This document shows, piece by piece, positions 20,471 to 32,032 of a stretch of 64,000 nt of DNA. A model generated the notes under the pieces. It ran no database searches, was not told the DNA's origin, and saw only the letters and a list, made by a program, of their open reading frames with translations. Position numbers and translations under genes: made by a program. The number at the start of each line of letters is the position of its first letter. Position 1 is the stretch's first letter. The stretch comes from Calditrichia bacterium (GTDB taxonomy: Bacteria; Calditrichota; Calditrichia; JAJRVZ01). The stretch spans positions 736,001 through 800,000 of the forward strand of contig CAWCNS010000007.1 of the NCBI GenBank assembly GCA_963796965.1. Reading direction: 5' to 3'.

Positions 20471-20555
20471 GGTTTTTTACTCCGTCATGGTGGAGCGAGA
20501 TATTTGCCACCCCTTGTTCGTACTCCCTAGTATAAACTTTTTTAAATCCTAACTA

Positions 20556-21869
20556 TCATAATGGCGTGACGGTTCTGTCTGAAGGAACAGATTTCCAGAC
20601 AAAACAGTCTGTGGGACAAAGATCAAAACAGGTGGAGCAACCTGTACAATCATAGGGATCAACACTAGCTACCCTTGCCTGTTTATTTTTTTCTTTCCAT
20701 CCCTCTCCCGGAACCATTTTCAAGGCATAACAATGACCGATAGGGATACATTTCTCACAACCGATACATTTCTCTTCTTCCACAAAGGCAACCGCTTCTC
20801 TAAGTTTTAATGTTTGTGCGGTTTTTATTTTTGGAACCAGTATATCTCTCATCGCCTTAAATGAGCCATAGTTATGTCGCTGCATATAATCTTTTAGGCC
20901 ATTAATTTCCTTGTACAGATAATTAAAACCCCGAATCATTGTTTCCGTTACCACACCCACCATATCTGCACCAAGCATGGCCATCTCCACGTAATCCTGC
21001 CAATGAGACATGCCGCCATATCCACAAACCGAAACAAAAGGACCGTTCAGTCGCCTGATTTCATAAATATCCCTAAGTGCAAGGGGTTTGAGCCAGGATC
21101 CGGACAAACAGGTCATGGATGGATCAACCTGTAACCTGTGGGAACTGCTTGTGGGATCTTCAATATTAGCAATGGGTGGGATTCCAAGACGATTGCCCAC
21201 ACTGGAGACGGCATCGGCACCGGCCGCGTACGCCTCCATTGCAAGTTGTGCTATATTACCTCCTTCCGGTGTGAGCTTTACAAATAGAGGAATATTTGTT
21301 TCTGTTTTGACAGATTTCACAATCTCTGCGATCAAATCCGGATGCTGTGCCATAGAAGCGCCTGTGCATTTTTGGGTATCATCTCCAGTGACTTCTAGGT
21401 TAAAGGACATATTGGGACAACACATATTAAGTTCGTTTGCATCGGCACCGGCGTCTTCAAAGGCTTTCGCCATCCTCACCCATCCCGCCACTCCCTCATC
21501 GCCATCATAGGTTATATTACTGAGGATTTTAGATACTTTTACTTGTTTCTTTCCCTCCTCACAAATTCGTAAAGCTTCAGCAAGGGTGATTCGTTTTTCT
21601 GCTGTAAACGTATGTAGTTTATTCTTATCCCACCATCGATAGCGTGGTTCACGATTTATATAGGGTTCAGGATCAATGGTGAGTTTTATTACCGCGGCAC
21701 CCCAGCCTGCTTCATCAATCTGACGGATCATATCTACCGTTTTGACGGTAGGACCTGATCCTACAAAAAAAGGATTATGCAGATCCAATCCCGCCGTCTT
21801 AACAGGCAGGTAGGTTGCTTCGTGAATATCAGGGATAGAATCCTTGTTTATCTTCCCTTTATCTGTCAT
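20556..21869 (-). CDS. Dihydropyrimidine dehydrogenase subunit PreA-like protein (DHOD FMN barrel plus C-terminal 2x[4Fe-4S])
   Basis: ELNMCCPN, FVKLTP, LSG..LKPLAL and GYGG motifs; CIGCEKC and CTGCSTCFDLCP ferredoxin motifs. Confidence 0.85.
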   Translation of the reverse strand: MTDKGKINKDSIPDIHEATYLPVKTAGLDLHNPFFVGSGPTVKTVDMIRQIDEAGWGAAVIKLTIDPEPYINREPRYRWWDKNKLHTFTAEKRITLAEALRICEEGKKQVKVSKILSNITYDGDEGVAGWVRMAKAFEDAGADANELNMCCPNMSFNLEVTGDDTQKCTGASMAQHPDLIAEIVKSVKTETNIPLFVKLTPEGGNIAQLAMEAYAAGADAVSSVGNRLGIPPIANIEDPTSSSHRLQVDPSMTCLSGSWLKPLALRDIYEIRRLNGPFVSVCGYGGMSHWQDYVEMAMLGADMVGVVTETMIRGFNYLYKEINGLKDYMQRHNYGSFKAMRDILVPKIKTAQTLKLREAVAFVEEEKCIGCEKCIPIGHCYALKMVPGEGWKEKNKQARVASVDPYDCTGCSTCFDLCPTDCFVWKSVPSDRTVTPL

Positions 21870-22065
21870 AATATTCTCTTCTTTTTATACATACTCTCAC
21901 ATTTTACAGGGTCGTGACATTCCTATAAACCGGGAGAATAGTAACAAAGCCAATATAATTATAGTTTTCATTAACGCAGAGAATCGCTGAGAACGCAAAG
22001 TTCCGCAGAGTTTTTTTATTCTTTTAAATTGTTAACGACCCGTTGTATACCCTATATCCATGATA

Positions 22066-23437
22066 TTACCCTCCTAATAAGTCATCCACTGCTTCTTCGA
22101 ATACCTCTAATGATTCAAGAAGCATATCATCTTCTATAGTAAGAGGGGGGCAGATTTTGATGCATTCACCGGCGATGCCTACCGGGGCAAACATGAGCAG
22201 CCCTTTTTGAAAGGAAGCAATATTGATCTTCACTGCCGTCTCCGGATCTGGTATTTTTGTACCCGGTTTTACCACCTGAATACCGGCAACCAATCCTTTT
22301 CCATGTAAACATCCCAAACGATCGGGATATTTTGATTGTATTTTTTTAAGACCTTCAAGGAGGACTTTTCCGGAGGCTGCCGCGCGCTCGCTCAGCCTTT
22401 CATTTTGAAATATTTCAAGATTTGCGACAGCTGAAGCCACAGGAAGCGGTGAGGCCGAGTGGGTAGATGTCATAGACCCAGGGGCATATAGATCGATTAT
22501 ATCTTTTCGACCAATAACCGCAGCCAACGGCAAAGAAGAAGAGATCCCTTTGCCACATGCAACCAAATCGGGCTGTATCCCATAATGTTCGTAACAGAAG
22601 TTTTTTCCGGTTCTCCCAAATCCGGCCTGCACTTCGTCCATAGTGAGAACAATATCATTATCCTTACAAAACTTCTGTAATTTTTGGGCATAGTCAATGG
22701 GAAAAAAATCAGGTCCGATTCCCTGATAACTTTCTGTCATTACCCCTGCAATCATTTTAGGTTTAATATTTTTCTCATGTATTGTCTTCAGAAACAGCTC
22801 AAATGATATATCTTCATTTTTATATCCGTCTGGAAAAGGAACCTGTATAAAAGTATCATCACCCTCTCCTATCCATTTTTTCAATGCCGGAAGACCGCCG
22901 GCCAATTGTGCACCCATGGTTCGACCATGAAAAGCATTCTGAAAACTTATAAAGTATTTTTTCTTTGGCCCATGGTTTTCGAGAGCATAGGTCTTGGATA
23001 ATTTAATGCAGCATTCCGTTGCTTCACTCCCTGTTGTAAGCAAAAACACCATGTAGTTGTCCGGATCGGGTGATAAATCTCTTAACATCGTAGTTAGGCG
23101 GGCACGGTCTTCATGAACAAAGACATAGCTGGCCAACAACCCCTGTTCGATAGTTTTTATTAATGCATCCTTGATTTCCTGCCGTCCATGTCCCACATTG
23201 GTCACCAGTACGCCCGAGGACCAGTCAATCCAACGATTACCCCAATGATCATAAACAGTTGAATCCTCCGCTTTGTACCACACGATCGGCGGTTGTCCCA
23301 TCATTGATCTGGGTTCTGTTTTTTGAAGTCTGTTGATAGATTGGAATGGATTCGGGAACGGGAATCTTTGTGTTTATGGTACGATATTTAGTTTCAATTT
23401 TTGGTACATCGACCGGATTTAGATCATATTCAGCCAT
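22066..23437 (-). CDS. Class III PLP aminotransferase (GabT/ArgD-like), frameshift near 23310
   Basis: N-terminal ORF 23249..23437 joins 22066..23304; FHGRT, DEVQAGFGRTG, GKGISS and STHS motifs. Confidence 0.9.
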
Positions 23438-23499
23438 TTTCTCTCCAATAATGGAATTATTTAGATTGTTCTCAGTTTGGTATTACCAGTTATTTATTA

Positions 23500-23685
23500 A
23501 AACCACCGAGTACGCGGAGATCACAGAGATTTAATTTATTAATAAAGATTCTCGGCATTTTGTCATCCCGCGGGGATCTTGCTTCTTGCCGATATAGAAT
23601 TCTCAACAAGGAAGATTCCTTCGGAATGACATTCGGTATTTTTTTATTGTAACAATCCATTTCTGTGTGCTCTGTTGTGATTATA
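23500..23685. repeat. Nested inverted-repeat element (MITE/REP-like)
   Basis: Outer accaccgagtacgcggagatcacagaga / tctgtgtgctctgttgtga; inner tgtcatcccg...gatct ... agattccttcggaatgaca. Confidence 0.55.
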
Positions 23686-23708
23686 GGACTTTCCGACAAA
23701 ATGCACTG

Positions 23709-25279
23709 CTAAACTCGATTCTTGGTTAATTTTGCCATTGATCGTGCCTGCCCAGGTCCTAATCGGCCTTTAAACTTATTAAAGAGTTCCTCCTCCGAAA
23801 ATTCATTTGCCCAGGTATCTAAAATAGAATCCTGTAATTCAAAAGCGCGGAGTGTGACCTCTTCTGTATCCATTAAATTATTTAAGATATCCCTCAACTC
23901 ACGTTTGACATCCCTGGAAGCCTCATTATTACTCAAATTAATCAGCTCATTGGGGTCATCCTTCAGATTAAAAAGCAGATCATCATACCATGTATAGTGA
24001 ATATATTTCCAATCACCCTTGCGTATCATAAATGATCCCGTACAGTTTCCTTCAGAATGTGTCTCACAAAATGCATATCCGGGATGAGTTGAAGAATTAC
24101 CATTCATAAGAGGGTTAAGTGAATAGCCCCTTAAATCGCTGGGACGTTTGACATCCGCCCATTCCAGGATGGTGGCGACAAGATCAACATGCCCAACGGG
24201 TTCATTTACTTTCATACCTTTCGGTATTCCTGGACCTGAAATTATTAGAGGAACGCGGGCTGCATTATCATAAAGGTTGTTCTTATACCATAAGCCATGT
24301 TCGCCGAGTGTTTCACCATGATCAGAGGTATAGATAAAAACTGTATTTTCTAACTGACCGGATTTCTTTAAGGATTCATATAAGTTGCCAACATATTCAT
24401 CTAGTTCCGTGATCATACCGTAATATCCAGCGCGGGCCCTGCGGATCCGGTCTTCTGGTATCGGTGTTGCAATCCTTTTAAAATGCCTGATTTCCTGATT
24501 AACCAGATGCAGTTCTTCCAGATGACCCGGTGGCACATCGGGCATGTCTACCCGGACAGGATAGTACATATTAAAATACTTTTCTAATGCTTCGAATTTT
24601 GGATGGGGCTGTAAAAAGCCAGCATAGAGCACCCAGGGCTTATTTAACTCCGGCGCTTCATTTTCAAGGAAGTTGATTGCCAGCTCTGTCTTTTTCTGAT
24701 CACTATGGCGGTTGGTTCTTGATTTGCCAGCCACACCATCACGCTCTTTTACGCGATAGCCTACCGGTCTTCTAAAAAGAGACGTAATATCAGGGCCATG
24801 CTGATGACCATTTTTTGTTTCTACTTCGACCATTCCACGATCAAAATCATCATTAAGGTCGAGCTTACCCGTAGCCCAACAATGATAGCCGGCATCCTTG
24901 TAACCTTTTAGTCCATAATGGATAACTGCCATCCCATACGGTTGAGTTACAGAACGAATTGCAATCGGAGGCATACATGCCTGTCATCATGCTCGTACGC
25001 GCCGGGACACAAACAGGGTTTCCACAATAATTATCTGTAAAGACTGTGCCATGAAGCGGCAAGTTTATCAAGATTAGGTGTAGATACGTAGGGATGTCCC
25101 ATATAACCGGCATATTTATAACTATGTTGATCAGAACAGATAAAGATTATGTTGGGCTTTTTGGCCTGGGAATCAGGGGAATCTTTTGCGAGGGCTAATG
25201 TACTGGAATTTGCAAGGGCAGCTGCCCCAATCCCTTTGATAAGATTCTTATTAAATTCTCTCCGTTTCATTGCTGTCAT
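23709..25279 (-). CDS. Tat-exported choline-sulfatase-like sulfatase, two frameshifts (~25055, ~24905)
   Basis: Three overlapping ORFs concatenate to RREF Tat signal, PNIIFICSDQH, CVPARTSMMTG, PHP and TSDHGETLGEHG. Confidence 0.88.
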
Positions 25280-25342
25280 ACAGTTCCTCTTTTTTCTTCT
25301 TCATAAATGAAAAAGTGATTGTGATTTTTTGAGGATTATTTT

Positions 25343-26422
25343 TTATTCCAATCCGTGGTAAAAATCCTCTATATTGATATGACATTTTTTCTCAGCAGAT
25401 TCATACATTGCCAACACAGTTATTAATGCATTCAGACCGTCAACACCCCGCGTTCCGGGTTGAGAGGGAACGCCATTTTTCACACACGCAACAAAATGCT
25501 CAATCTCGCCAACATATCCGAGGGACATGAACTCATCAACAGCTGGTTTTGTCCAGCCGTGGGTAAAGTCAGATTTTTCAATAGCATAACCATATCCCTT
25601 CTTGCTATAGACGTTTAAAGGAGATCCCATAGTGAGATCAACATGGATATTGCCATCTGACCCATATATTTCTACCTTGTCATCCATCCCGCCGCAGGTA
25701 ATATAGTTTCCCTCCACAAATGCCCGGGCTCCACCGCTTAATTCAATTAGTCCCGCAGCCCAATCTTCCCCTGAATAATTATTATGCAATAAATTGTCCT
25801 CTGCGCCCGCTGTCTTCATGGCTGCAACTGCTGATATATCCTGACCAAGCAACCAGGGTAAAAAGCCAACCGGATGGATACCGAGATGAATCATTGCGCC
25901 ACCACCACAATAATCCTTATTTTGTGCATACATGGAATGGGAACCGTTATGTGTTTCTTTCGCTTTTACATAGAGTATTTCACCAATCCCTCCCTCCTGG
26001 CAAATCTCCTTTGCCCGAACCAATGCAGGGGCAAAAACCCAATCTTCTGCATACATAAGGTTCACCTTTTTTTCTTTACAAATTGCTATCATTTTGATCC
26101 CATCTTCGATAGAAGTCGCAAAGGGTTTTTCACAAATAATTGCTTTTATACCCGCTTGGGCAGCAGCGACGACAATTTCCTTATGTAAAAAGTTTGGGAC
26201 ACAAACACTCAAAAGATCCAAATCTTCTTTTTCAAACATTTTGGTGTAATCATCATATTTTTGGGGAATGTCGTACTCATTAGCAAATTTATCAAGATTA
26301 TCGATGGCAGCGACAGCCTGCATAATTACATCCGGACAACGCTTATAAGATTCTGCATGCAACATGCCGGCAAACTGTGAACCCACAATTCCTATCTTTA
26401 ATTTATCCATAATTTCCCTCAA
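25343..26422 (-). CDS. Cytoplasmic Gfo/Idh/MocA family oxidoreductase
   Basis: IGIVG, CVPNFLH, ICEKP and GGGAMIHLGIH motifs; no signal peptide. Confidence 0.92.
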   Translation of the reverse strand: MREIMDKLKIGIVGSQFAGMLHAESYKRCPDVIMQAVAAIDNLDKFANEYDIPQKYDDYTKMFEKEDLDLLSVCVPNFLHKEIVVAAAQAGIKAIICEKPFATSIEDGIKMIAICKEKKVNLMYAEDWVFAPALVRAKEICQEGGIGEILYVKAKETHNGSHSMYAQNKDYCGGGAMIHLGIHPVGFLPWLLGQDISAVAAMKTAGAEDNLLHNNYSGEDWAAGLIELSGGARAFVEGNYITCGGMDDKVEIYGSDGNIHVDLTMGSPLNVYSKKGYGYAIEKSDFTHGWTKPAVDEFMSLGYVGEIEHFVACVKNGVPSQPGTRGVDGLNALITVLAMYESAEKKCHINIEDFYHGLE

Positions 26423-26534
26423 ATTTCAGAACAGTTCTTAATATATCTTTTGACTCGGGAGGTATATCTTAATTTTTTTTCTCATAAAACCACCAAATCT
26501 CAAAGAAGGCGATATTAAAATACATGGTGTATAT

Positions 26535-26561
26535 GTAGGACACGATTAATCGCGCCGTTAC
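26535..26561 (+). repeat. GTAG-type REP-like palindrome (degenerate)
   Basis: gtaggacacgattaatcgcgccgttac. Confidence 0.55.
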
Positions 26562-26639
26562 ATTTACATGATATGAAAAAGAATCCTTATTTGCAAAAGA
26601 TTTGGTCATTTCCGTATTAATTTCAGATGTGTATGTTAT

Positions 26640-27689
26640 TTATCTTCCTTCATTCTTCATCCAGGCTTTCGGAAACAGTCTCTCGGCATTAATCCGGTAG
26701 AGTTTTTCAATCACCTGCCGAGGTAGTGCCAAACCCTGAAATGTTGCATCAAACTCACTCGTTTGCATGATTTCATTACCAGTCAGAAACTTCCAATCCT
26801 CAATCCATTTATTGTGAACCTCGTCTCTAAAAATATTCAGATCGCTATTTGGTTCCTGAATTATATCAGTTCCATATATAATACGATCCTGATATTTTAC
26901 AAAAAACTCCCTAACCATCTCTCTATTTCGATTCGAATGATATTGCATATACATCAAGCGCGCAGAGAGATCGATAACTGTCTTTGGAAAAGTATCCAGA
27001 AATTGAGCCACCTGATTAACATCCCACTCTAAACTTGCCAAATGTACAGCAATAAATTTTAGGTTAGGGTTTTTCTTAAGCATTCGGTCCCGGGCTGTGA
27101 TTTGTTCATCATAAGATGGAAACTCCGGATGCAGGTACATGTGATATTGCGGATGGTTTTGAAAATAATCCCGGATATATTTAATTGATATGTCTTCCAG
27201 CGACAACCAACAATCTTTTGGTTCTCCAAGATGTCCAAGAAGAGGAATGTTTTTTTCAATGATGTAATTAAATATCGGACCAAATTGGGGGGAATCAATC
27301 ATAACATAGTGATTCTGATTATCCTTAAATTCCATACCGATATTTTTCCAAATTTTAACCGCAACTGCACCTCTTTTAAAACATTGATCTAAATGCTCAA
27401 TTGTTTTTTTAACCCAATCAGAATTATCCCAGCCAGACATCGGAAAAGCAGATACAAAAGCGAAGCGATCCGGATTTTCACTTAAGAGGCGCGTAGAGAT
27501 TGCTGTTTGTTCTTCTATACTTGGAAACTCACTAGCATCAACATTTACCGACAGTAACCTAAAATTATCTTTCTTTGATTGCTGAAGAAAAGCAGAGTCG
27601 AGAGAATTAATATGCACATGAGCATCAATCTTTTCGATCAAATAAAAATCTTTTAAAGAATAACAAGAAGGTTCCTTTTTATTTTGCAT
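26640..27689 (-). CDS. Amidohydrolase_2 family protein
   Basis: IDAHVH, VKIWK, GHLGEP, AVHLA, IYGTD and YRINA motifs. Confidence 0.88.
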   Translation of the reverse strand: MQNKKEPSCYSLKDFYLIEKIDAHVHINSLDSAFLQQSKKDNFRLLSVNVDASEFPSIEEQTAISTRLLSENPDRFAFVSAFPMSGWDNSDWVKKTIEHLDQCFKRGAVAVKIWKNIGMEFKDNQNHYVMIDSPQFGPIFNYIIEKNIPLLGHLGEPKDCWLSLEDISIKYIRDYFQNHPQYHMYLHPEFPSYDEQITARDRMLKKNPNLKFIAVHLASLEWDVNQVAQFLDTFPKTVIDLSARLMYMQYHSNRNREMVREFFVKYQDRIIYGTDIIQEPNSDLNIFRDEVHNKWIEDWKFLTGNEIMQTSEFDATFQGLALPRQVIEKLYRINAERLFPKAWMKNEGR

Positions 27690-27882
27690 CCTTTTTAACC
27701 TTTAATAATTCACTGATGCAATCACCGAGCATAACAAAAATTTATATCCATGCATTACACTAATTATCTATAATTTTTAATCTATATAAGTAGTCGCCAG
27801 TTAAATTGCAGATATGTAATTACAAACAACGAGATATCCAACTATTTTATTAATTTCTCAACCTGGAAACTTGATCTAAAGA

Positions 27883-27965
27883 ACTCACCCTTGCCGAAGG
27901 CATCCCTTTTTCGGGAAAATCCCTCTCTTGAGAAGAGAGGGACTTTGAGGAGCCCCTTCTCGTAA
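27883..27965. repeat. Intergenic palindromic repeat (ccctctcttgagaagagaggg)
   Basis: aactcacccttgcc...ccctctcttgagaagagagggac; similar to elements at 5958, 38083 and 41455. Confidence 0.55.
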
Positions 27966-28056
27966 TCCTGAGTCCCGTATAGACGGGGAGTGAAAATTCG
28001 TTAAATTCGTGAAAAAATTCCTTCTTCTTTGTACCGGTAGATTTGAATGGATTAGG

Positions 28057-29856
28057 TTAATTAGATAAAAACAAATCTGAATTGTATACAATTTTTCCAC
28101 CGACCATCGTCATCTCTGCTTCAATCGTTTTAATTTTCTCCACCGGGCAATTCAGAAAATCTTCAGAAATAACAACCAAGTCCGCCAACTTGCCTGACTC
28201 AATCGATCCTTTTATAGTTTCCTCAAAGGAAGCATAAGCATTATTTATCGTATACATTCTTAATGCTTCTTCCCTTGAAACTGCCTGCTCAGGAACGATT
28301 GTTGTACCTCGTTCAGATATTCGGGTGATAATTGTCCACATAGCCAGAAAGGGATTGTAAGGATTTATTGAGGTATAAGAGTCAAATTTTACCATATGAT
28401 CTGAGCCACCATTAACAATTACACCAGCTTCAAACAATGATTTATAGGGATGAAATGTGTTTATCCTCTTATCACCAAGGACATAATCCATGGCATCAGC
28501 GTCTTTATAAAACCATGCCGGCTGCATATCAGCATATACGCCCAATCTTTGTATCTTTTCGATCGCTTCTGCCGTAAAAAAATTCCCATGAATAATTGAG
28601 AACCGTCTGTCTTTTATGGATTGCTTATTATTAATTTCTTCATAAGCCTGCAGCATAATATCAACCCCGCCACCACCTGTACAATGGGCAGTCATCTTCC
28701 AGCCTATCTCATTGGCGACTTTGCCAATCTTTACCAAAGTCTCTTTATTGGTTAAAAGTACGCCACGGTATGTGGGATCAGCAATACCATAGATCTCTTT
28801 TGCTTTTACTCCCCAGGGCTCCCTTAACCAGGCAGTTCCGGTTAATATCCCCCCATCCATCCATAGTTTTAAGGCACCAACCCTAACCCACTCATCTCCA
28901 AAACCAGTGTAGTATCCCAGACCAAGCAATTTTTCCCTAATTTCCTTCTCGGAAGCATCTTTGTTAAATGGGAATGATATGTTCTGGAGGATTCTTGCTG
29001 TCAGCCGGCCTTGATTTTTCAGGTCAATATATTTTTTTAGACTGCCTGGTTTCCCCATCCCGGAGCAAAGCCCCGTAAAACCAACTTTATTATAACGTCT
29101 GATCATATTTTCCAGGGCATCAAGATAATCATTATAAGCCAGTTTTGGTTTTCGTTTTATCTTAAGTAGTGGAAAAGCGGAAGCCCGTATAATTCCGGTT
29201 AGCTCACCACTGGTCTTATCTTTTAAAATACCCCTATTTTTCGTTGAGGATTTTATACCAGAAATACGCAGGGCTGCAGAGTTAATCATGCCACCGTAGC
29301 TGCCATCAAGGAATACAGGGTGATTTGGCGCAACATGATCCAACTCAACCAGCGTGGGTTGTCTCATTTCTTTAAGCCTCGTTGGAAAGAACTTTGGATG
29401 AATGATCCACTCATTCTTCTTCTTACGAGATGCCTGTACCTTTATCCAATCTAAAAGTTCAACTAGGGTGTGTACATCTGGGATCTCTTCATCTAACTCA
29501 CTTACAGATGCTGTTTCTGGATGCAGATGGGCATCGATTAATCCTGGGAGTACTGTTTTCCCTTTCAGATCAATTCTTGCTGTTGCATTCCCACTCATGC
29601 CTTCAATTTCAGCATTTGTACCTACAGCAATAAATCTATCATTTTTTATTGCAAGTGCTTCCACGACAGAAAATCGCTTATCTACAGTAATTATTTTCCC
29701 ATTTACAAGAACCAGATCAGGGACAAAGTGGTTCTTCTCTGAACAAGAGGTCAAAAATAGTATTAAAATTACAATAAAGTGTTTTTTCATTTTGGATTCC
29801 ACATAATCAATATTGGGATTAAAATAGTATAGAATATTTATAATGAACATAAACAA
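28057..29856 (-). CDS. Amidohydrolase 3 (YtcJ-like) lipoprotein; probable start MKKHF at ~29790
   Basis: PGLIDAHLH, KLWMDGG, AHCTG, IIHG, GGSDH and GSIESGKLADLVV motifs; lipobox LTSC. Confidence 0.9.
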   Translation of the reverse strand: MFMFIINILYYFNPNIDYVESKMKKHFIVILILFLTSCSEKNHFVPDLVLVNGKIITVDKRFSVVEALAIKNDRFIAVGTNAEIEGMSGNATARIDLKGKTVLPGLIDAHLHPETASVSELDEEIPDVHTLVELLDWIKVQASRKKKNEWIIHPKFFPTRLKEMRQPTLVELDHVAPNHPVFLDGSYGGMINSAALRISGIKSSTKNRGILKDKTSGELTGIIRASAFPLLKIKRKPKLAYNDYLDALENMIRRYNKVGFTGLCSGMGKPGSLKKYIDLKNQGRLTARILQNISFPFNKDASEKEIREKLLGLGYYTGFGDEWVRVGALKLWMDGGILTGTAWLREPWGVKAKEIYGIADPTYRGVLLTNKETLVKIGKVANEIGWKMTAHCTGGGGVDIMLQAYEEINNKQSIKDRRFSIIHGNFFTAEAIEKIQRLGVYADMQPAWFYKDADAMDYVLGDKRINTFHPYKSLFEAGVIVNGGSDHMVKFDSYTSINPYNPFLAMWTIITRISERGTTIVPEQAVSREEALRMYTINNAYASFEETIKGSIESGKLADLVVISEDFLNCPVEKIKTIEAEMTMVGGKIVYNSDLFLSN

Positions 29857-29892
29857 AAACTTTTTAATTATCCATATTCAATCAGTATTCAG

Positions 29893-31491
29893 TCAATTTG
29901 ACCTGATCCAAATTGGACTGGACCAGGCGTAGCTATTGTTTGTTTGTATAACCCGAATATAGTACCAATCGGTCTGTTCTGTCTTGTGTTCATCTGTAAA
30001 TTCAAATTCAGTCTCATAATTTTCCGCAAAGACAATTCGATGAATTAGGAATGATTCGGAGGTAAACGGTCCGGTGAATTCTACTTCACTGGATTCTGCT
30101 AATTTTCCCAATGTGGTAGAATAGTTCTGATCTTTTGGGGCTGAAAACCGAATATCTAATTTCGTTTGAGGGGAACCGTTAATTTTTAGCACAATACTAT
30201 TTGTCGCCCGCTCTTCATAAGCTTTCATGCGTGAGGTATATGAAACAACCTGGCAGGAATTATCATTTAATAATGTAAGTATATTTCTTCGATTTTCATC
30301 AAATGGTCCAGATTGGAAACAAGGTGTCGTCTCTTCAATTTTGCCTTCCTCCACTTCAATGGTGAAATCCCAGTCACATATCCGCGCCATATTTAAGTCG
30401 CCCCAGGGTCCCCAGCCAAATTCAATTCTACATAAAACCGGTTTATCCCAACTTGCTGCTGTGTTTGGGCGGTCTATTGGAAAATCACGATGAATGACCC
30501 GATTATTTCGTAGAACTTCAACCCGGTCTACGACATCCTTCCCTTCTACTTTAACTTTCAATTTACGTGTGGTGGTTGAAGGAAGAATTTCACCCATCCA
30601 TTTTCCATTCAAACGAAAATCCAAGCCAATACGATCAGCATTTACCGCATAAGTTCTGCGATTTTTGATTGCCTCAAAAATAGATTCTCTGGTTAGGTTT
30701 TCGGCATAAACGCCCGCTAATCCCTCTCCATATGCACCAGGATAACCCAAATGATCATCACTACTGGCAACAATACCAATCTTTTCACCTTTATTCCAGA
30801 GAGATTGAAAGGTGTTATGAGTGACACGGCCGCTCATGCTATGCCGGATATATCTAAGTGGAGAGCGATCAGATTCGGCATTACCATGCTCTGAGAATAT
30901 CTCGGCAACTGGTGAAACTAATGTATTTAATACCGACCAGTCTTGCCCACGCCAGTTGGTTTTATAAGCTGGATGATGGGGCACTAAAATGGCCCCCTTT
31001 CCTTGTGCATATTTCTGAAATTCTTTAAAATCATTTATATAAACAAGATCTCCTTTAGAACCCGGATGAATAATACAAACATCACCGACTGAATTGGAAT
31101 GCCACTCGTAACCAATAAAAGTAACAAATTTACCCGGTTTATTATTGACGTTAGCCATCGACACAACTTTATCCCAATTATTTCTCATAACATCGAAACC
31201 CTTTACCCATTTCATGTGTTTATTTTGAGGCATGATAGGCATGTCATGCCATTGGGAATGACCAGTAAAGCAGAAAAAGTCGAGATGACTTTGGGCTATT
31301 TCGTAAGATCTCTCAAGGGATCCTTTTGCGTATCCAACAGCATTGTGGTTGTGGATATCACCCCAATAAAGATTATAGGATGAGAGATCTGCTGGTTCAC
31401 CCTGTTCTATAATATCACAGGAACTAAACCAGACCAGTGATAGAATTAGAAACAAGTATAAATAAGTTTGTTTTTTCATTTTGAGACTCAC
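29893..31491 (-). CDS. PHP-like metal-dependent hydrolase (DUF3604 / CehA-McbA-like) lipoprotein
   Basis: YWGDIHNH, LDF..TGH, GYEW, PHHP, EIFSEHG, SSDDH, YYIRV and AWSSPIW motifs; lipobox FSSC. Confidence 0.8.
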   Translation of the reverse strand: MSLKMKKQTYLYLFLILSLVWFSSCDIIEQGEPADLSSYNLYWGDIHNHNAVGYAKGSLERSYEIAQSHLDFFCFTGHSQWHDMPIMPQNKHMKWVKGFDVMRNNWDKVVSMANVNNKPGKFVTFIGYEWHSNSVGDVCIIHPGSKGDLVYINDFKEFQKYAQGKGAILVPHHPAYKTNWRGQDWSVLNTLVSPVAEIFSEHGNAESDRSPLRYIRHSMSGRVTHNTFQSLWNKGEKIGIVASSDDHLGYPGAYGEGLAGVYAENLTRESIFEAIKNRRTYAVNADRIGLDFRLNGKWMGEILPSTTTRKLKVKVEGKDVVDRVEVLRNNRVIHRDFPIDRPNTAASWDKPVLCRIEFGWGPWGDLNMARICDWDFTIEVEEGKIEETTPCFQSGPFDENRRNILTLLNDNSCQVVSYTSRMKAYEERATNSIVLKINGSPQTKLDIRFSAPKDQNYSTTLGKLAESSEVEFTGPFTSESFLIHRIVFAENYETEFEFTDEHKTEQTDWYYIRVIQTNNSYAWSSPIWIRSN

Positions 31492-31981
31492 CTCATGCGT
31501 AATATTAAAAAAAGGATTTATTATTTAGTATGATCCACTTCAACCTAACTGCTGTATTCTTATGTGTGAGTATAAATCAAAGGTTTTCATCTGGTTTCAC
31601 TTAATATTCCTCCCGACATTAGTAATTCAGATATTCCTTGCTCAAATACAACAAGATGAGGTTGGCCCAGGATTAACCAGATGTGAGGTTTATCGACCTT
31701 CCAATTTATAGATTTTTTTAGGCTAATTGTATTTTTTCTGATATCAACGTACTTACTATATATCTTATCAGTTATCATATATCCATCGATTTAATTATGG
31801 GGAATATGATCTCCTATTAATACTCGTAGTTTGATGTAAAAACACGGCAGACCGCTTACATACCAAGACATTTAATAGTAACATCTCCAGTTGCTCAATC
31901 AATACATAACATCCTGTTTAACACCCAAATTGAAACAATTTCAACCACCTTCTCGTATTTCAAATTCATACATCTACAGAT

Positions 31982-32032
31982 GTAGAGACGTTCATCTACA
32001 TGTATAGAGACGTTCCAACGGAACGTCTCTAC
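31982..32032. repeat. GTAG-type REP-like palindrome with partial tandem duplication
   Basis: gtagagacgttca...tagagacgttccaacggaacgtctctac. Confidence 0.7.

Noticed and set aside
23490..23699. 69-aa ORF between the sulfatase and the aminotransferase
   Set aside because: It coincides with the nested inverted-repeat element and is likely spurious.
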